Below, piece by piece: positions 8,109-20,205 of a stretch of DNA of 64,000 nt (the first letter of the stretch is position 1; each line of letters starts with the position of its first letter). The DNA is taken from positions 584,722,001-584,786,000 of the forward strand of contig CM097882.1 of NCBI GenBank assembly GCA_044892505.1, given 5' to 3'. The notes beneath the pieces are model-generated. The model was not told where the DNA came from and ran no database searches. It was given only the letters and a program-made list of their open reading frames with translations. The position numbers and the translations under genes were made by a program. This DNA is from Schmidtea nova (Eukaryota).

Positions 8109-10809
8109 ATGAGATTCGAATTGCATCAGAGAAAATTGAACCCAACGAGTGCGGAAATCGAACGCAAAAATATGCTTGGATTACCATGCAGTTATGCGTT
8201 AATGACAATGATGGTGGGAGGAAAACAACCTTGGATCGATGTTTTGTTTAATGATCGAAGAGTGCAAGCTTTATTAGATTCAGGTTCAAGTCATTCTATA
8301 GTGTCGGAGGAATTTTTAACGTATCGCGAAAGAAAAGAGATGAGGCCGACAAATAAGCGTATCAAATCAATGTCGCTGAATATTATAGGAAAAGTTAACG
8401 CAAAATTGAAGATTGGAGATCAGGAGATTATTCACTGGGTAACAGTAATTAGAAGAAGCCCTGTAAAATGCCTTATTGGTATGGACGTTATGAAGCCGTT
8501 AAAAGGAATTTCACTTGATCTAAATACCGGAAAATTGATAAAAGGTCAAACTGGTGAGGTTATTGAGGAGGTAGGAGAAGTTTTCCTAAATCAATTAGTT
8601 GATATATCGTCAAAAAGCGAAATAATATATTATGCAGATGCAACGAATGCACCAGGCGAAGAATGCATATTTGAGCCAAATCCAAAATTAATAGAAAAAT
8701 ATGATTTACCTATGTGTGATGAGATAGTGAGAGTCAAAAATAAATTAGTGCCAGTGCAAATAGCGAATTGTGGCACAAAATCCATTCAGATGCAACCCAA
8801 AACAAAATTGGGGAAATTGACAAAGATTGAAGCTGAAGAAGCTCAGAAACTACCGAGAAATATCAAAATTTATAAAAACCTCAAGTTACAAGCAATGATT
8901 TAACAGATGATCTAAAGAAAGAATTTACAGCACTATTAATGAAATACAAAAGTGTGTTTGCTAAACATGAATACGATTTGGGACTTACTCAAATAATTGA
9001 GCATGAGATACCTTTGCTGGATGAAACTTCTATCAAATTGAGACCATATAGAATTCCTTACGTTTATCAAGAAGAAAGTGATCGACAAATTAAAGCAATG
9101 AAATAATTCAATATTATACAAGACAGTTCGTCACCATTTTCATTATCGATAGTGATTATTAAAAAGAAAGATGGAGAGTTGCGATTTTGTGTAGATTATC
9201 GAAAGTTGAATCAGGCCACGAGAAAAGATACGTATCCTATTCCAGTTCCACAGAAAATGTTTGATCAAATGGGCGAGATACAATTTTTCACAGTAATTGA
9301 TTTAAATAAAGGATACAACCAATTTAAAGTAAAAGAGGATGACGAGAGAAAAACAGCATTTTCAGACGGTAAAGGTCTATATGAGTTTAACGTTTTAACA
9401 TTTGGATTAACTGGAGCACCGGCGACTTTCTAGAGAGGCATGAATTTCGTATTGCGAGACATTCCACAAGCATTAATCTATATTGACGACATAATAATAT
9501 TCTTAAGTGATTTTCAAGAACATTTAAAAGATGTGGAAACAGTATTCAAACGATTATTAAATGCAAATTTAAAAATAAAACCATCAAAATGTGAGTGGGG
9601 AAAGTCTGAAGTTGTCTATGTGGATCATATTATTTCACGGCATAGATTACAGCCAAATCCGGAAAATGTGGAGAAAATCAAAAGTTATCCCATTCCTACG
9701 GATGTGGATCAAGTTCGCCAATTTCTTGGATTAGCAATTTATTACAGAAAATTTATTAAAAATTTTTCACGTGTAGCACAACCTTTAAAAGTACTGTTAA
9801 AAAAGCAAACCAAATTTAAATGGACTACGGCTCAGCAAGAAGCATTTGACAAGCTCAAGGAAAGTTTATTAAAACAACCGATATTGAGATGTCCAGATTT
9901 TAAAAGACCGTTCATCTTAATGACAGATGTTAGTAATTTTGAATTAGGTGCAGTATTGGGTCAACAAGTTGAAGGCGAAAAAGGTCATGTAATCGCTTAT
10001 GCTAGTCGCACATTGAAACCACATGAAAAGAATTACTCCACAATTGAAAAAGAAACTTTAGCACTAGTATATGGAATTACTACTTTTCGACAATATTTAA
10101 TCGGGAGAAAGTTTATCGTCTTTACCGATCATAATCCATTACAATGGCTCATGAAGCACAGAAATTCATCAAGCAAGTTGATTAGATGGTCAATTGCGTC
10201 GCAAGAATATGATTTCGAAATTAAGTATCGCTCAGGAAAGTCGAATGCGAATGCCGATGCGCTGTCGAGAATTAATAGCGGAGATGATGTTAGTAAAAAC
10301 GAGACAAATTATGAAAATACAATATTTATGGCTATTAAAACTATAAATAATATAAAAGAACTACAAAATGATCAAGAGAATGATATTGAATTAAATCGAC
10401 TACGTCAACATGCAGTCACAATCAAAAAAGAGAGTGACTGGAAACAAGTTGTTGAAGAAAAACATAAATATATTATCCATGATGGTTTGCTAAAATGTGT
10501 GAAAAATGAAAATTTATTAATTATCGTTCCAACAAAACATCGAAAATTATTACTATTGTTGTATCATGATGGAGCATTGGGAGGACATTTATCAGCACGA
10601 AAAACGTTATCAAAGCTAAAGCAAAAATATTATTGGGATACCATGGAACAGGATGTCAGACAGTGGTGTCACACGTGTGAAATATGCTTGACTAGGAGAA
10701 ATACAGGAAAGAAGATTAAAGTTCCACTAAAGCCAATGCCAGTGCCAGAAGTGCCAATGGAAATGACAGCAATGGATATCGATGGTCCATTACCAGAAAC
10801 AACAAATGG

Positions 10810-10853
<44 letters not shown>

Positions 10854-11849
10854 CTTTTGTAACTATTTAACAAAATGGCCAGAAGCTTAACCTATGCCAA
10901 ATCAGAAAGCAAAAACAGTAGCAAAAATATTTGTTGAAAACATAATCTTTCGATATGGAGCGCCAAAGAAATTACTTACAGATCAAGGAACGAACTTTCA
11001 AAGCGATTTATTCAAGTCAGTCACAGAATTATTCGGGATAATGAAAATTAATACATCACGATATCATCCACAAACAGACGGTCTAGTTGAAAGATTCAAT
11101 GGAACATTAATTAATATGATATCATCCTACGTGAACAGAAAACAGAAAGATTGGGATTCGTTTATAAAGACATGCCTATTTGCGTATCAAAACGCCGTGA
11201 ACGAAAGCACCGGTGAAACACCTTTCTACCTCATGTATTTACGACGTAATAATATGCCAATTGATTTGAAATTTCAGTCACCTATTTCTCAATACATGGA
11301 CATATCCGATTATAAAGTAATCATGCAAGAGAGATTACAGTCAGTATGAGTTCAAGCAGGTCTTTAAAAAAACATCAGCAAGAAGCCTACAAAGAATCCT
11401 ACGATAAACGCGCACATGCGCATGATATTAAAATTGGAGATCTGGTATATATAAATAAATCAGAACCAACAAAAGGATTATCAGTAAAACTGCAAAGACC
11501 TTATAAAGGGCCATATTTAGTATGCGAATCTACAGAGATTAATCTGAAGTTACGTCCACAGAATAATAAAAAGGCTGAAACAATTATTGTTCATGTTAAT
11601 AGATGTAAAAAGGTACCGGTAGAAAACATAAAACGGTACCCACTACGATCAAAGCAAAATAAAGATGATGACATAGTCATACAAAAATTTGCAAAACACC
11701 CAGCCCCATCAAGTTACATCAATAGTTTTGTTAATTTCAACAGTAATGGTGTTGAATATTTTGTGTATGAATGCAATAGGGTATTCTCCATCATTTGCGA
11801 CAAAACGAATTCCATTGTTAGAGACAATCAATACATTTGCAACATGTAG
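8109..11849 (+). pseudogene. Gypsy pol: protease, RT, RNase H, integrase (HHCC, DDE, GPY)
   Basis: LLDSGSS; LRFCVDYRKLN, YIDD; TDVS..LGAVLGQ..YSTIEKE; H..H..C..C; MDIDGPLP, TDQGTNF, VERFNGTL, GPY. TAG at 9431-9433 and further disruptions. Confidence 0.92.
10812..10846. repeat. (AT)n microsatellite expanded inside the integrase coding sequence
   Basis: About 17 AT units after GPLPETTNGN, shifting the frame. Confidence 0.95.
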
Positions 11850-12841
11850 CCAGATTGTATGGGTTTATTCTTGTGAAAAAGAGGAGGAAGTATAAATAAA
11901 TTATTTATTAAATTATTTCGAATTACAATAATAATAATTATGTTGCACGTCATCTGACAATGAACTACAAATATCCGTGGCTGTTAACACAGCTAGATTC
12001 TAAAAAAACACTACGGAAATACGTAATATTGTTAGAAGATGGGAGAATCCTAAAAATATTAAAATTAAAATATTACACAGTAGGGACAGATAGATATTGA
12101 ACAAATATACATATACAGAAATAAGCTACAGAAAAATTGGTTTGATGACAATATTCAAGATAACTATGAGGATAACAATTTGGTGATTTATTTTGACAAT
12201 TATGACTATATTGATTATGCTACTATTTTATTTTATTTTGATCATGACAATTATAACTGTATTGATTGTTTGGTCACTTTTATTTTTATGGTGATTGATG
12301 TAATAAAGAGAAAGATTATTTAATAGATGTTATATTTTTCAGTCCGAATTTTTAAAGAAATCCTTGTTTTGCATTAAAATAGAAAATGGAAATTATAAAT
12401 AACATTTGATGTCCAATTTCAATTGTGCAGTTGCAAGTACAAAAAAAGTGATTTAATTTATTTATTAAATTAATTAAGTAATTAATTTTTATAGAAAGAT
12501 TATACAAAGAAATTATAGTTATTAAACCAATTTCTTTTGCGTAACCCCTTTATAAAAATTTGTGTAACAATTTGATCAAGTACTTCCTGTTAATAAATAA
12601 AATTTAATATTTGCTGTATTATAATTGTTTTGTATAAAATAATAAATTTCAATAAAAACAATACTAACGGCTAAAATAAGTTCCAAATGTAGAACGTGGA
12701 TAAAAAGCACAACATAAACCAAAATATTCGTGATCCCAAAATATTAAAGGAGTAGTGTAATAGGCTAACGGTTTTAGTAGAATGCGAGGGACACGTCGCG
12801 CAAGTTCCGGCTCCTCGCCTTTGGGGTTTCTAAATAATAAT

Positions 12842-12960
12842 TGTTGTGATTAAAATATTAATCACACATCAATTTAACAAAATATTAATTTTGTTTAAAT
12901 AATTAAATATTGTGATAAATAAATATTTTGAATTTTATCTTATTATGTCAAATCATAACA
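12842..12960 (+). repeat. 5' LTR (119 bp)
   Basis: TGTTGTG...CATAACA; identical by eye to 16443-16561. Confidence 0.96.
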
Positions 12961-13697
12961 TTGGCGACCACGCGGCAATTCAACAACAATCAGAAGACGC
13001 TATTTTGCGAGTTTCAATCAAACCATGTCCATTCTACAGAAATAATCCAGATCTATGGTTCAGACAGCTAGAATCCTAATTTAAATTGTCCAAATTATCA
13101 AATGATTCTACTAAATTTCACCATGTTATGGCTTATCTTCCTGAAGATGTCGTTGTCAATATTCCAGAGACAGTTAATGAATTTAACCAAAGTATCAAAG
13201 AAATTATTATGAAGAATTTTGCCAAGCCACTGACAAAATGTATTGAATACGCACTTGGAAAATTTAATCTAGATGATTTAAAACCCACACATCTTCTTCA
13301 GAAAATTAGTACGGCGTTCACAGAAGCTCAAATAACAGACCAACGATTATTGCGACACAAGTTTATTGAAGCTCTCCCAAAAGATATTAGGCTCATAATC
13401 ACAAGTTATCAAGACAAGTCTACGGAAGAATTGACTGCAATAGCGGATGGGATGTTGGCTGTAATGGAAAATGAAACACAATATTCGAATGAACATTTTA
13501 AAATCCAGGCTTTAATGGATGAAATTGCAGAATTAAAAGAAGAAATATTCAATTTAAAAGAAAGTCCCAAGAAATTGAATAACCTTTGTTTCTATCATAC
13601 TAAATATGGAAGAAATGCCAGGAAATGTGACAAATTGAAAGATGGATCCCGATGTGCTTTATATGTGCCGGGAAATGTAAAAACGCTTCGAAATTAA
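12945..13697 (+). pseudogene. gag, one internal TAA at 13077-13079
   Basis: PFYRNNPDLWFRQLES*F, and C-terminal CFYHTKYGRNARKC. The only in-frame upstream ATG is at 12945, inside the LTR. Confidence 0.85.
12962..12972 (+). promoter_or_regulatory. Primer binding site TGGCGACCACG (probably tRNA-Arg)
   Basis: One base after the LTR. Complement of CGTGGTCG-CCA, which fits tRNA-Arg(TCG)-type acceptor stems. The isotype is an inference. Confidence 0.75.
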
Positions 13698-16430
13698 CCA
13701 CCGTCGAAGCGTGTATTCAAAAGCGGTGTACAGTAAATCAAATTTTTATTTTCAATAATAAAGACAAATTTTTAGTGGACACAGTTTCGTGTTTACCTCG
13801 AAAATTTTTCAAGCCAGAAACTCCATACTCATCTCGACTTACAGCTGCCAATAGTACTCCAATAAAATGTTATGGGAATAGGAAAATTGAGTTACGAATT
13901 GATGACAAAACAATTAGTTGGTCTTTCCATGTATGCGATGTATCGCAGTCTATTCTTGGTGCAGATTTTCTAGCAGCACATCACGCTCTAATTGACTACA
14001 AGTTGAAAAGAGTTTCAATTAATTCGATAGTTGATAATAACTTGTTGAATTACTTCAACAAACCAGAATGTAGCGCCAAGATCACAACACAACATGACAT
14101 TGTTTTAAATGATATCGTCAGATCATTCCCAGCAAGGCGATTATATGGCGACAAATTAAAAGCTGCCAAAGATTGGTTTAACAAAATGGTAGACACTGGC
14201 AAATGTCGATTATCAAACTCGCCAATTTCTTCGCCACTAGTTGTTGTAAATCAAAATGGAAAATACAGATTTTGCGGTGATTACAGAAATCTGAACACTG
14301 CAACCATACCTGACAGATATCCAATTCCAAGAATCGAGGATATATTGCAGATTGTGAGAAATAAAAAATACTTCTCCACTATCGACCTTGAGAAGGCGTA
14401 TTTACAAATTCCAATGAACGAGAGTGACATTCCAAAGGCAGCAATAACTACGCCGTTTGGTATGTATCAATTCCTTTTCATGCCTTTTGGATTACGAAAT
14501 GCCCCATCGACCTTTCAACGAACAATTGACACAATATTGCGAAAATTTTCATTCGCAAGAGCATACTTGGATGATGTAATTATTGCATCAGACACAGAAG
14601 AAGAACATGGCAAGCATTTACAAATAATTGCAAATGAATTGAATAAAGTTGGATTTTTAATCAATGTAGAAAAGTGCAAAATTATGCAATCTGAAGTAGA
14701 TTTTTTGGGCCACCACATATCGAGAACTGGAATTTGTCCTTTAGAAATCAAAATCAAAACAATTCAAAATTATAAATTGCCAGAGACAACTAAACAAATA
14801 AGAAGATTTTTAGGTATAATTAATTTTTATAATCGTTTCATTTCAGGGGCTGCAAATAAATTAGAATTGCTATATAAACTTATCAATTCAAAATCAAAAA
14901 AGATAATTTGGACGGATGAAGGCCTAAAATGTTTTGATGAAGCGAAACAAATATTACAAAAAACGACCGAACTCGCGTTATTTCATGAATTGGAACCTAC
15001 CACTTTGAGAACAGATGCCTCAGGATCAGGAATTGGAGCAGTACTGGAGCAAAACGGGTGACCAATATCATTTTTTAGCAGACTGTTAATGAACACAGAA
15101 TCCATATACAGTACATACGACAGAGAATTACTTGCAATATACAAAGCTTGCAAGCACTTCCATAATTTCCTCGAAGCCACTGAATTCGTAATACAGACGG
15201 ATCACAAACCGATTACCCAAGGACAACCAAAAGATCCAAGCAACAGACAATGGAGACATCTCCAATATATTCATGAATTTCAGTGCAAGATAGTATACTG
15301 CCCTGGAAATAAAAACCAAGTTGCTGATGCACTCTCTAGAACAGACGTTCAATTAGTTTCAGATAACGTTTACCCGTGGCTGAATGAAGAGATACTACAA
15401 AAGCAGAAAGAAGAGATGAATCATAATAAAGATGAATTATTAATGAAAAATGGGAAATTAATATTACCTCCGAGTCTCAGAAGAGAAGCTTTTCAGATGA
15501 TTCACAATATCGCTCATCCAGGAATACGAAGGACCAAGATATTGATGTTGAGTTCATATACATGGCACAAAATGACAAAGGATGTCCAGATGTGGTGTCA
15601 GCAATGCGATTCCTGCTCAAAATCAAAGGTATATCGTCATATCAAAGCGCCATTGCAAACATTCCCAGCAGCTAGTCGGTTTCATACTCTTCATATTGAT
15701 ATTGTTGGACCTCTTCCAGCAAATAACGGTAAGTCCTACCTACTGACAATGATTGATAGGCAAACATCATGGCCTGAGGTGATAGCCATTAAAAATATAG
15801 ATTCAGAAACCGTGGCAAAATCTCTAATTGAAGTATGGATTTCCCGATATGGAATTCCATCCGAAATCGTAACAGATTGTGGTAGGCAATTTACAAGCTC
15901 TTTATTCCAGTATATGTGCAATGTTCTTGGAATAAATACAAATCAAACATGCGCTTATCATCCTCAAGCCAATGGAAAAGTAGAAAGATTCCATCGAACA
16001 CTAAAATCTCAAGTTATGGCTTCAATGGATAAAACTAATAAAAGGTGGATTGACGTATTACCTCAGGTACTGTTAACGATAAGGAACAGTCCAGATTCAA
16101 CAGGTTACTCTCCGGCGCAGAAAGCATTTGGATGTGATCTTGCTGTACCAGGAATTATGTTTAATTCCCCAAAATAAGCTTCTTCATTTCAATTAAAAGA
16201 AATTATTGAGAGCTTCAAAATAATCGAAAGACCACTGCAAGATGGTATGACAATCCCGAAATCTATTAAGGACTTTGAATTTGTGTAATTGAGAAAAGAT
16301 GTACGGAAGTCTTTAGAATCTCCATATACAGGTCCGTTTCGTGTATTAGAAAAGCAGCCAAAATATTTCAAGCTATCGTATCGGGAGAATGTATCAGTTG
16401 ATCGTCTAAAACCAGCATGGCAATCAATTT
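13652..16430 (+). pseudogene. pol (PR-RT-RH-IN) in the -1 frame relative to gag, with several stops
   Basis: FLVDT; YRFCGDYRNLN, YLDD; TDASGSGIGAVLEQ; HIDIVGPLP, TDCGRQF, VERFHRTLK; YTGPF. Slippery G GGA AAT at 13670-13676. Stops at 15059, 16175 and ~16288. Confidence 0.92.
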
Positions 16431-16441
16431 AGGAGGGAGAA
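16431..16441 (+). promoter_or_regulatory. Polypurine tract
   Basis: AGGAGGGAGAA immediately before the 3' LTR. Confidence 0.88.
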
Positions 16442-16442
16442 T

Positions 16443-16561
16443 TGTTGTGATTAAAATATTAATCACACATCAATTTAACAAAATATTAATTTTGTTTAAA
16501 TAATTAAATATTGTGATAAATAAATATTTTGAATTTTATCTTATTATGTCAAATCATAACA
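16443..16561 (+). repeat. 3' LTR (119 bp)
   Basis: Identical copy of 12842-12960. Confidence 0.96.
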
Positions 16562-17563
16562 ATAATAATAAACCACAATAATAAATAAAATAACCTGAAA
16601 AATAAAAATGTGATATCAGAATGCACATTTGTGCAAACACAAAAAAAAGCAAACATTGAGCAATACTCAAAAATAAACAAGGCACAGATTGTGCAATATA
16701 AATAATTTTAAATGCACTTAAGTGCAATCTACTAATCAATAATAATAAGAATTTAAGAATTTTAAGAATTTAATAATTTTAATGGTCTAAAATATAAATA
16801 AAAAATATAATTATTTTTAATAATGATTTTAAGATAATTTAAAATATAAAATATAATTATGTTTTAATAATAATTCATAAATATTTGATAAGATACATGT
16901 TCTTCTTCCATAGAAACATTACACAATTATAACTTTTTAATGATTAAAACAAAAAAGAATAATAACAACTTAAAAAAATAAAACAAATAAAATAATTTAT
17001 TCTAATAATGCGAGAAACCACCTTTTTAACATCAAGGATGCTGGGATATCTAATAAATCTAAAAATAGTAACCCCCAATTTTGTACTTTAAAATTAACGG
17101 AAATTTCGCTGAATAAACATATTGGATAGACAAAGCGTATTGACATTCAAAATGAGGTGTCAACAAGAATTTACTATACACACAGACTGATCTTTCAGTC
17201 AAAGCACCCCAAAAAATTATTTTGCGAAGAAGAATTGCAAATTCAGTAGTTGATATTGCAATATAAATTCGAGCATACAAATTTACATAACTGAGCTCAG
17301 GTAATAGCATTTAGAGACTATTAACAAAGAAAACAAGATAAAAAGAGAATTTTATATAAAGCAACATTATTAATTGTGTGAAAGGTGAATATTTTATTTT
17401 GTAATATATAATTATTGTTATCAAATAAAAGTTTAGAAAAGAACCAGTCTTTGACTTATTTATTTATATAAGTTCATCAAGTTGAGATTCTTGGAACCTC
17501 AACAATATTATACACCTTGAAATTTGGACAAAAAGGTGGGAAAACTTTGTATCAATCGAACCT

Positions 17564-18382
17564 ATGATAAATGGAATCAATGTATATTCGGAACCCCAGG
17601 AATCCCAACAAGTAAAAACGATTTTCCAAAATTACGTGATAGACACACTGAATAGTAGAAAACCCTTTATAAATTATGTTAATCTAAAATTATTTCAGAC
17701 TTATAATATTGCACTTCACTATTATGAGAAGGCTTTATATGAAAACGGCACCGAGAAGGAAAATCAATGGATCAAAGTTCACACCAGCCAACAAACCATT
17801 ACATTAATTAATGAAACAAATAGAGTTCAGTTTCACATATATCATCAAACAATAAAAGTCACCAGACAAACAGACCCCAATCAAAAGGCCAATCAAAAGG
17901 CGGTTATATATTGTTATGGGAAAATTCAAGCAACTTTAGACAATAAAATACAATCTCAAACAATAATCTTTCAACAATCGCAATCAAAACCAATGTCGAG
18001 ATTAGTGCTCGTATAAATCAAATATTACCGTCGTACTCTAAATTCAAATCTATGGCAGATTACTTTAGTCGAAAATAAACTCATTCAAGTCTCATATGAT
18101 GAACTATACCCAAATGATTCACACCAATATCAAACCACGACAGTTCTTAATGACATTACTTTTGTTAATAACTCAAGTGCAAATAATCAAACTACATCGT
18201 TTCTAAAAATTAATAACGAGACTATGTGCATAACACTGATCATAATTATCATTTCCTTAACAATAGTTCTAACCGTTATCATTGCTATCGTAGTGTACAT
18301 ATTCGAAAAATCATTCCAATCTCCGACAAATCAATCCGAGGATTCGAGACCTAGGATTGTCTACGAGGAGACATTTGTATAG
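17564..18382 (+). pseudogene. Unknown single-pass membrane glycoprotein-like ORF (273 codons, one internal TAA at 18014-18016)
   Basis: The frame stays open after the stop to TAG at 18380. Several N-x-S/T sequons (NGT, NET, NSS, NQT) and TM segment CITLIIIIISLTIVLTVIIAIVVYIF. Confidence 0.55.
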
Positions 18383-18793
18383 TAAGACAACAATAATATG
18401 CATGCAATTTGATTAAAGTAGTAATAGTACATCATTTAACATTTATTTATTGATGACATTGCATTTTATATAGTGATTACAATTTTTTTGGTTAATGTAA
18501 AACTGCTTTTCAGTATTTGCTGAGAGAATGAATTTGATTGGATGACGAAAAAAAATATTGATAGGTAATTTAAGAAGGTATATAAGATAAGGGGTCATTC
18601 ATTATATCTAAATTTTTCAAAAATTCAAACATAAATTTTTTTCACAATCAGATGTTTTTGGAAAACAATGGGTAATTAATTATTTATTTATTTATACGGC
18701 TACGAGTTGAGGCGGTATCCTTTGGGTACCCAACCTCAATCATGGCTTCAAATTTAAAATTGAATTAAAATTAATTGTAAATAATTCTAGCAA

Positions 18794-20205
18794 ATGGAAC
18801 AAATACCATGGACAGGACAATTTATGACAGTTACCACAAACTCCACAGAAGCCATACCGACCAAAGATAAAGAATCGATCAAAATCTGGAAATACCAAAT
18901 TATCTCCGAATCGACGGTAGAAGAATGAAAATTCAAATTCTGAAGCTACATCGCAAGTTAAGAATAAAATTGTCTGAAGAAGTACAAATGGCCAAAAGGA
19001 AGATTATTTCTTGCACATAATCAAAGGAACAGTCGAGATTATGAATGAGCGAAACCAGTCCTGGCTATAAATGAAAAAATTTACTACGTGGAAACTTCAG
19101 GAGGAGATAATGAACAAACCGTTGAGAGCCGTCAATAAAGATGTAATAATGGTCATAGAAATCAAAATCGACAATGAAATAGGACTGATTCCAAGTAGAT
19201 ATCCAACAGATGGGAACGATGAACCATTAATGGAAATTTCGGAGGAGATCCTGAAAAGGAAAATGTCATTTATCAGGAAGCAAATATGTTTGGAAGAAAT
19301 CCGCAACCGAATATTATTTATCGACGCGGAATATGGACACTCCAAAGCAGGAAAGATGATTCCCTTGTCTGTGGTCATCATGAACTATCATGGCAAAATA
19401 ATCCGAAACAATTTCATCACTCCAAGAGGAAAACTGAGGTATTAATTCAAAGATTCATGGGATAACAGAAGTTGCCAGTAGAAATCAATCGGATCAATAT
19501 TCTGAGATGAAAGAAATACAGGAATTGACCAAAGAAAAAATATTGATTGGGCACGATCTTCATGCTGAACTGGAATATCTGCAAATATGGATCAATAGAT
19601 TATATGGAGTGCGGGATTTAGCAGCAGCGCAAGTGTTGAAATTAATGAATGTTAGCCGAAAAGGAGAGTGGTTTAAATTGAAAACCGTAACTCAAAAATT
19701 ATGCGGAGAAGAAACGCAAACAGGTATCCACACTGCGTTGGATGATGTGAAGAGTATTAGAAAGATATACTTGAAAGTGGAAAGTGAATGGATTGATGAT
19801 GTGACGATTCCTAGGAAGCAGCCCTCAAAAAAATATTCGCTAGAGGAATACAAGAATCTACGAGGGCAAAGTACATCAGAAATAGTACAGATTTCAGAAA
19901 TTGTGGATCTAACCACAGAAGAATCCAGGATGGAAATCGAATTCCCGGCCAGACAATTGAATTGGGCAACAGAAAATAACTTAAAAACTAAGGAAGAGAG
20001 TTTAGAAGTTATTGAAAGTTTAATGGAGGGAATATCAGAATATAAACTGGAATATGGGCCAATGCCTAAAGATAAAAATAGAAAGAGGAAACTGAGTGTA
20101 GAGATCGAGGAAAATGTAACGTATGCAGGAAAGGTGTATGTTCGAGAAGAAACAATTGTTCGAAACCGGCATGGAGAAAAGAGCTTCAAGATTAAATTCA
20201 ATTAA
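18794..20205 (+). pseudogene. REX4/ISG20-like DEDDh 3'-5' exonuclease gene with N- and C-terminal extensions; frameshifted
   Basis: ILFIDAEYG (ExoI), VVIMNYHG, bridging frame SKIHGIT, LIGHDL (ExoII), VRDLA, QTGIHTALDD (ExoIII). Confidence 0.8.

Larger units (their letters stand above)
5146..11900 (+). mobile_element. Degenerate Ty3/Gypsy LTR retrotransposon with gag - envelope glycoprotein - pol order; 5' end missing, LTRs not identified
   Basis: Zinc knuckles, glycoprotein, protease, RT, RNase H and integrase are collinear on the + strand, with stops and frameshifts. Confidence 0.88.
12842..16561 (+). mobile_element. Complete compact Ty3/Gypsy element (3720 bp; CsRN1/Kabuki-like gag)
   Basis: Two 119-bp TG...CA LTRs, 5-bp TSD ATAAT (12837-12841 and 16562-16566), PBS, PPT, gag and pol. 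Confidence 0.96.

Noticed and set aside
12784-12830. GC-rich inverted repeat (GCGAGG...CCTCGC) resembling the L3 loop of an HDV-like ribozyme
   Set aside because: I could not build the P1, P1.1 and P2 nested pseudoknot in the right order on either strand.
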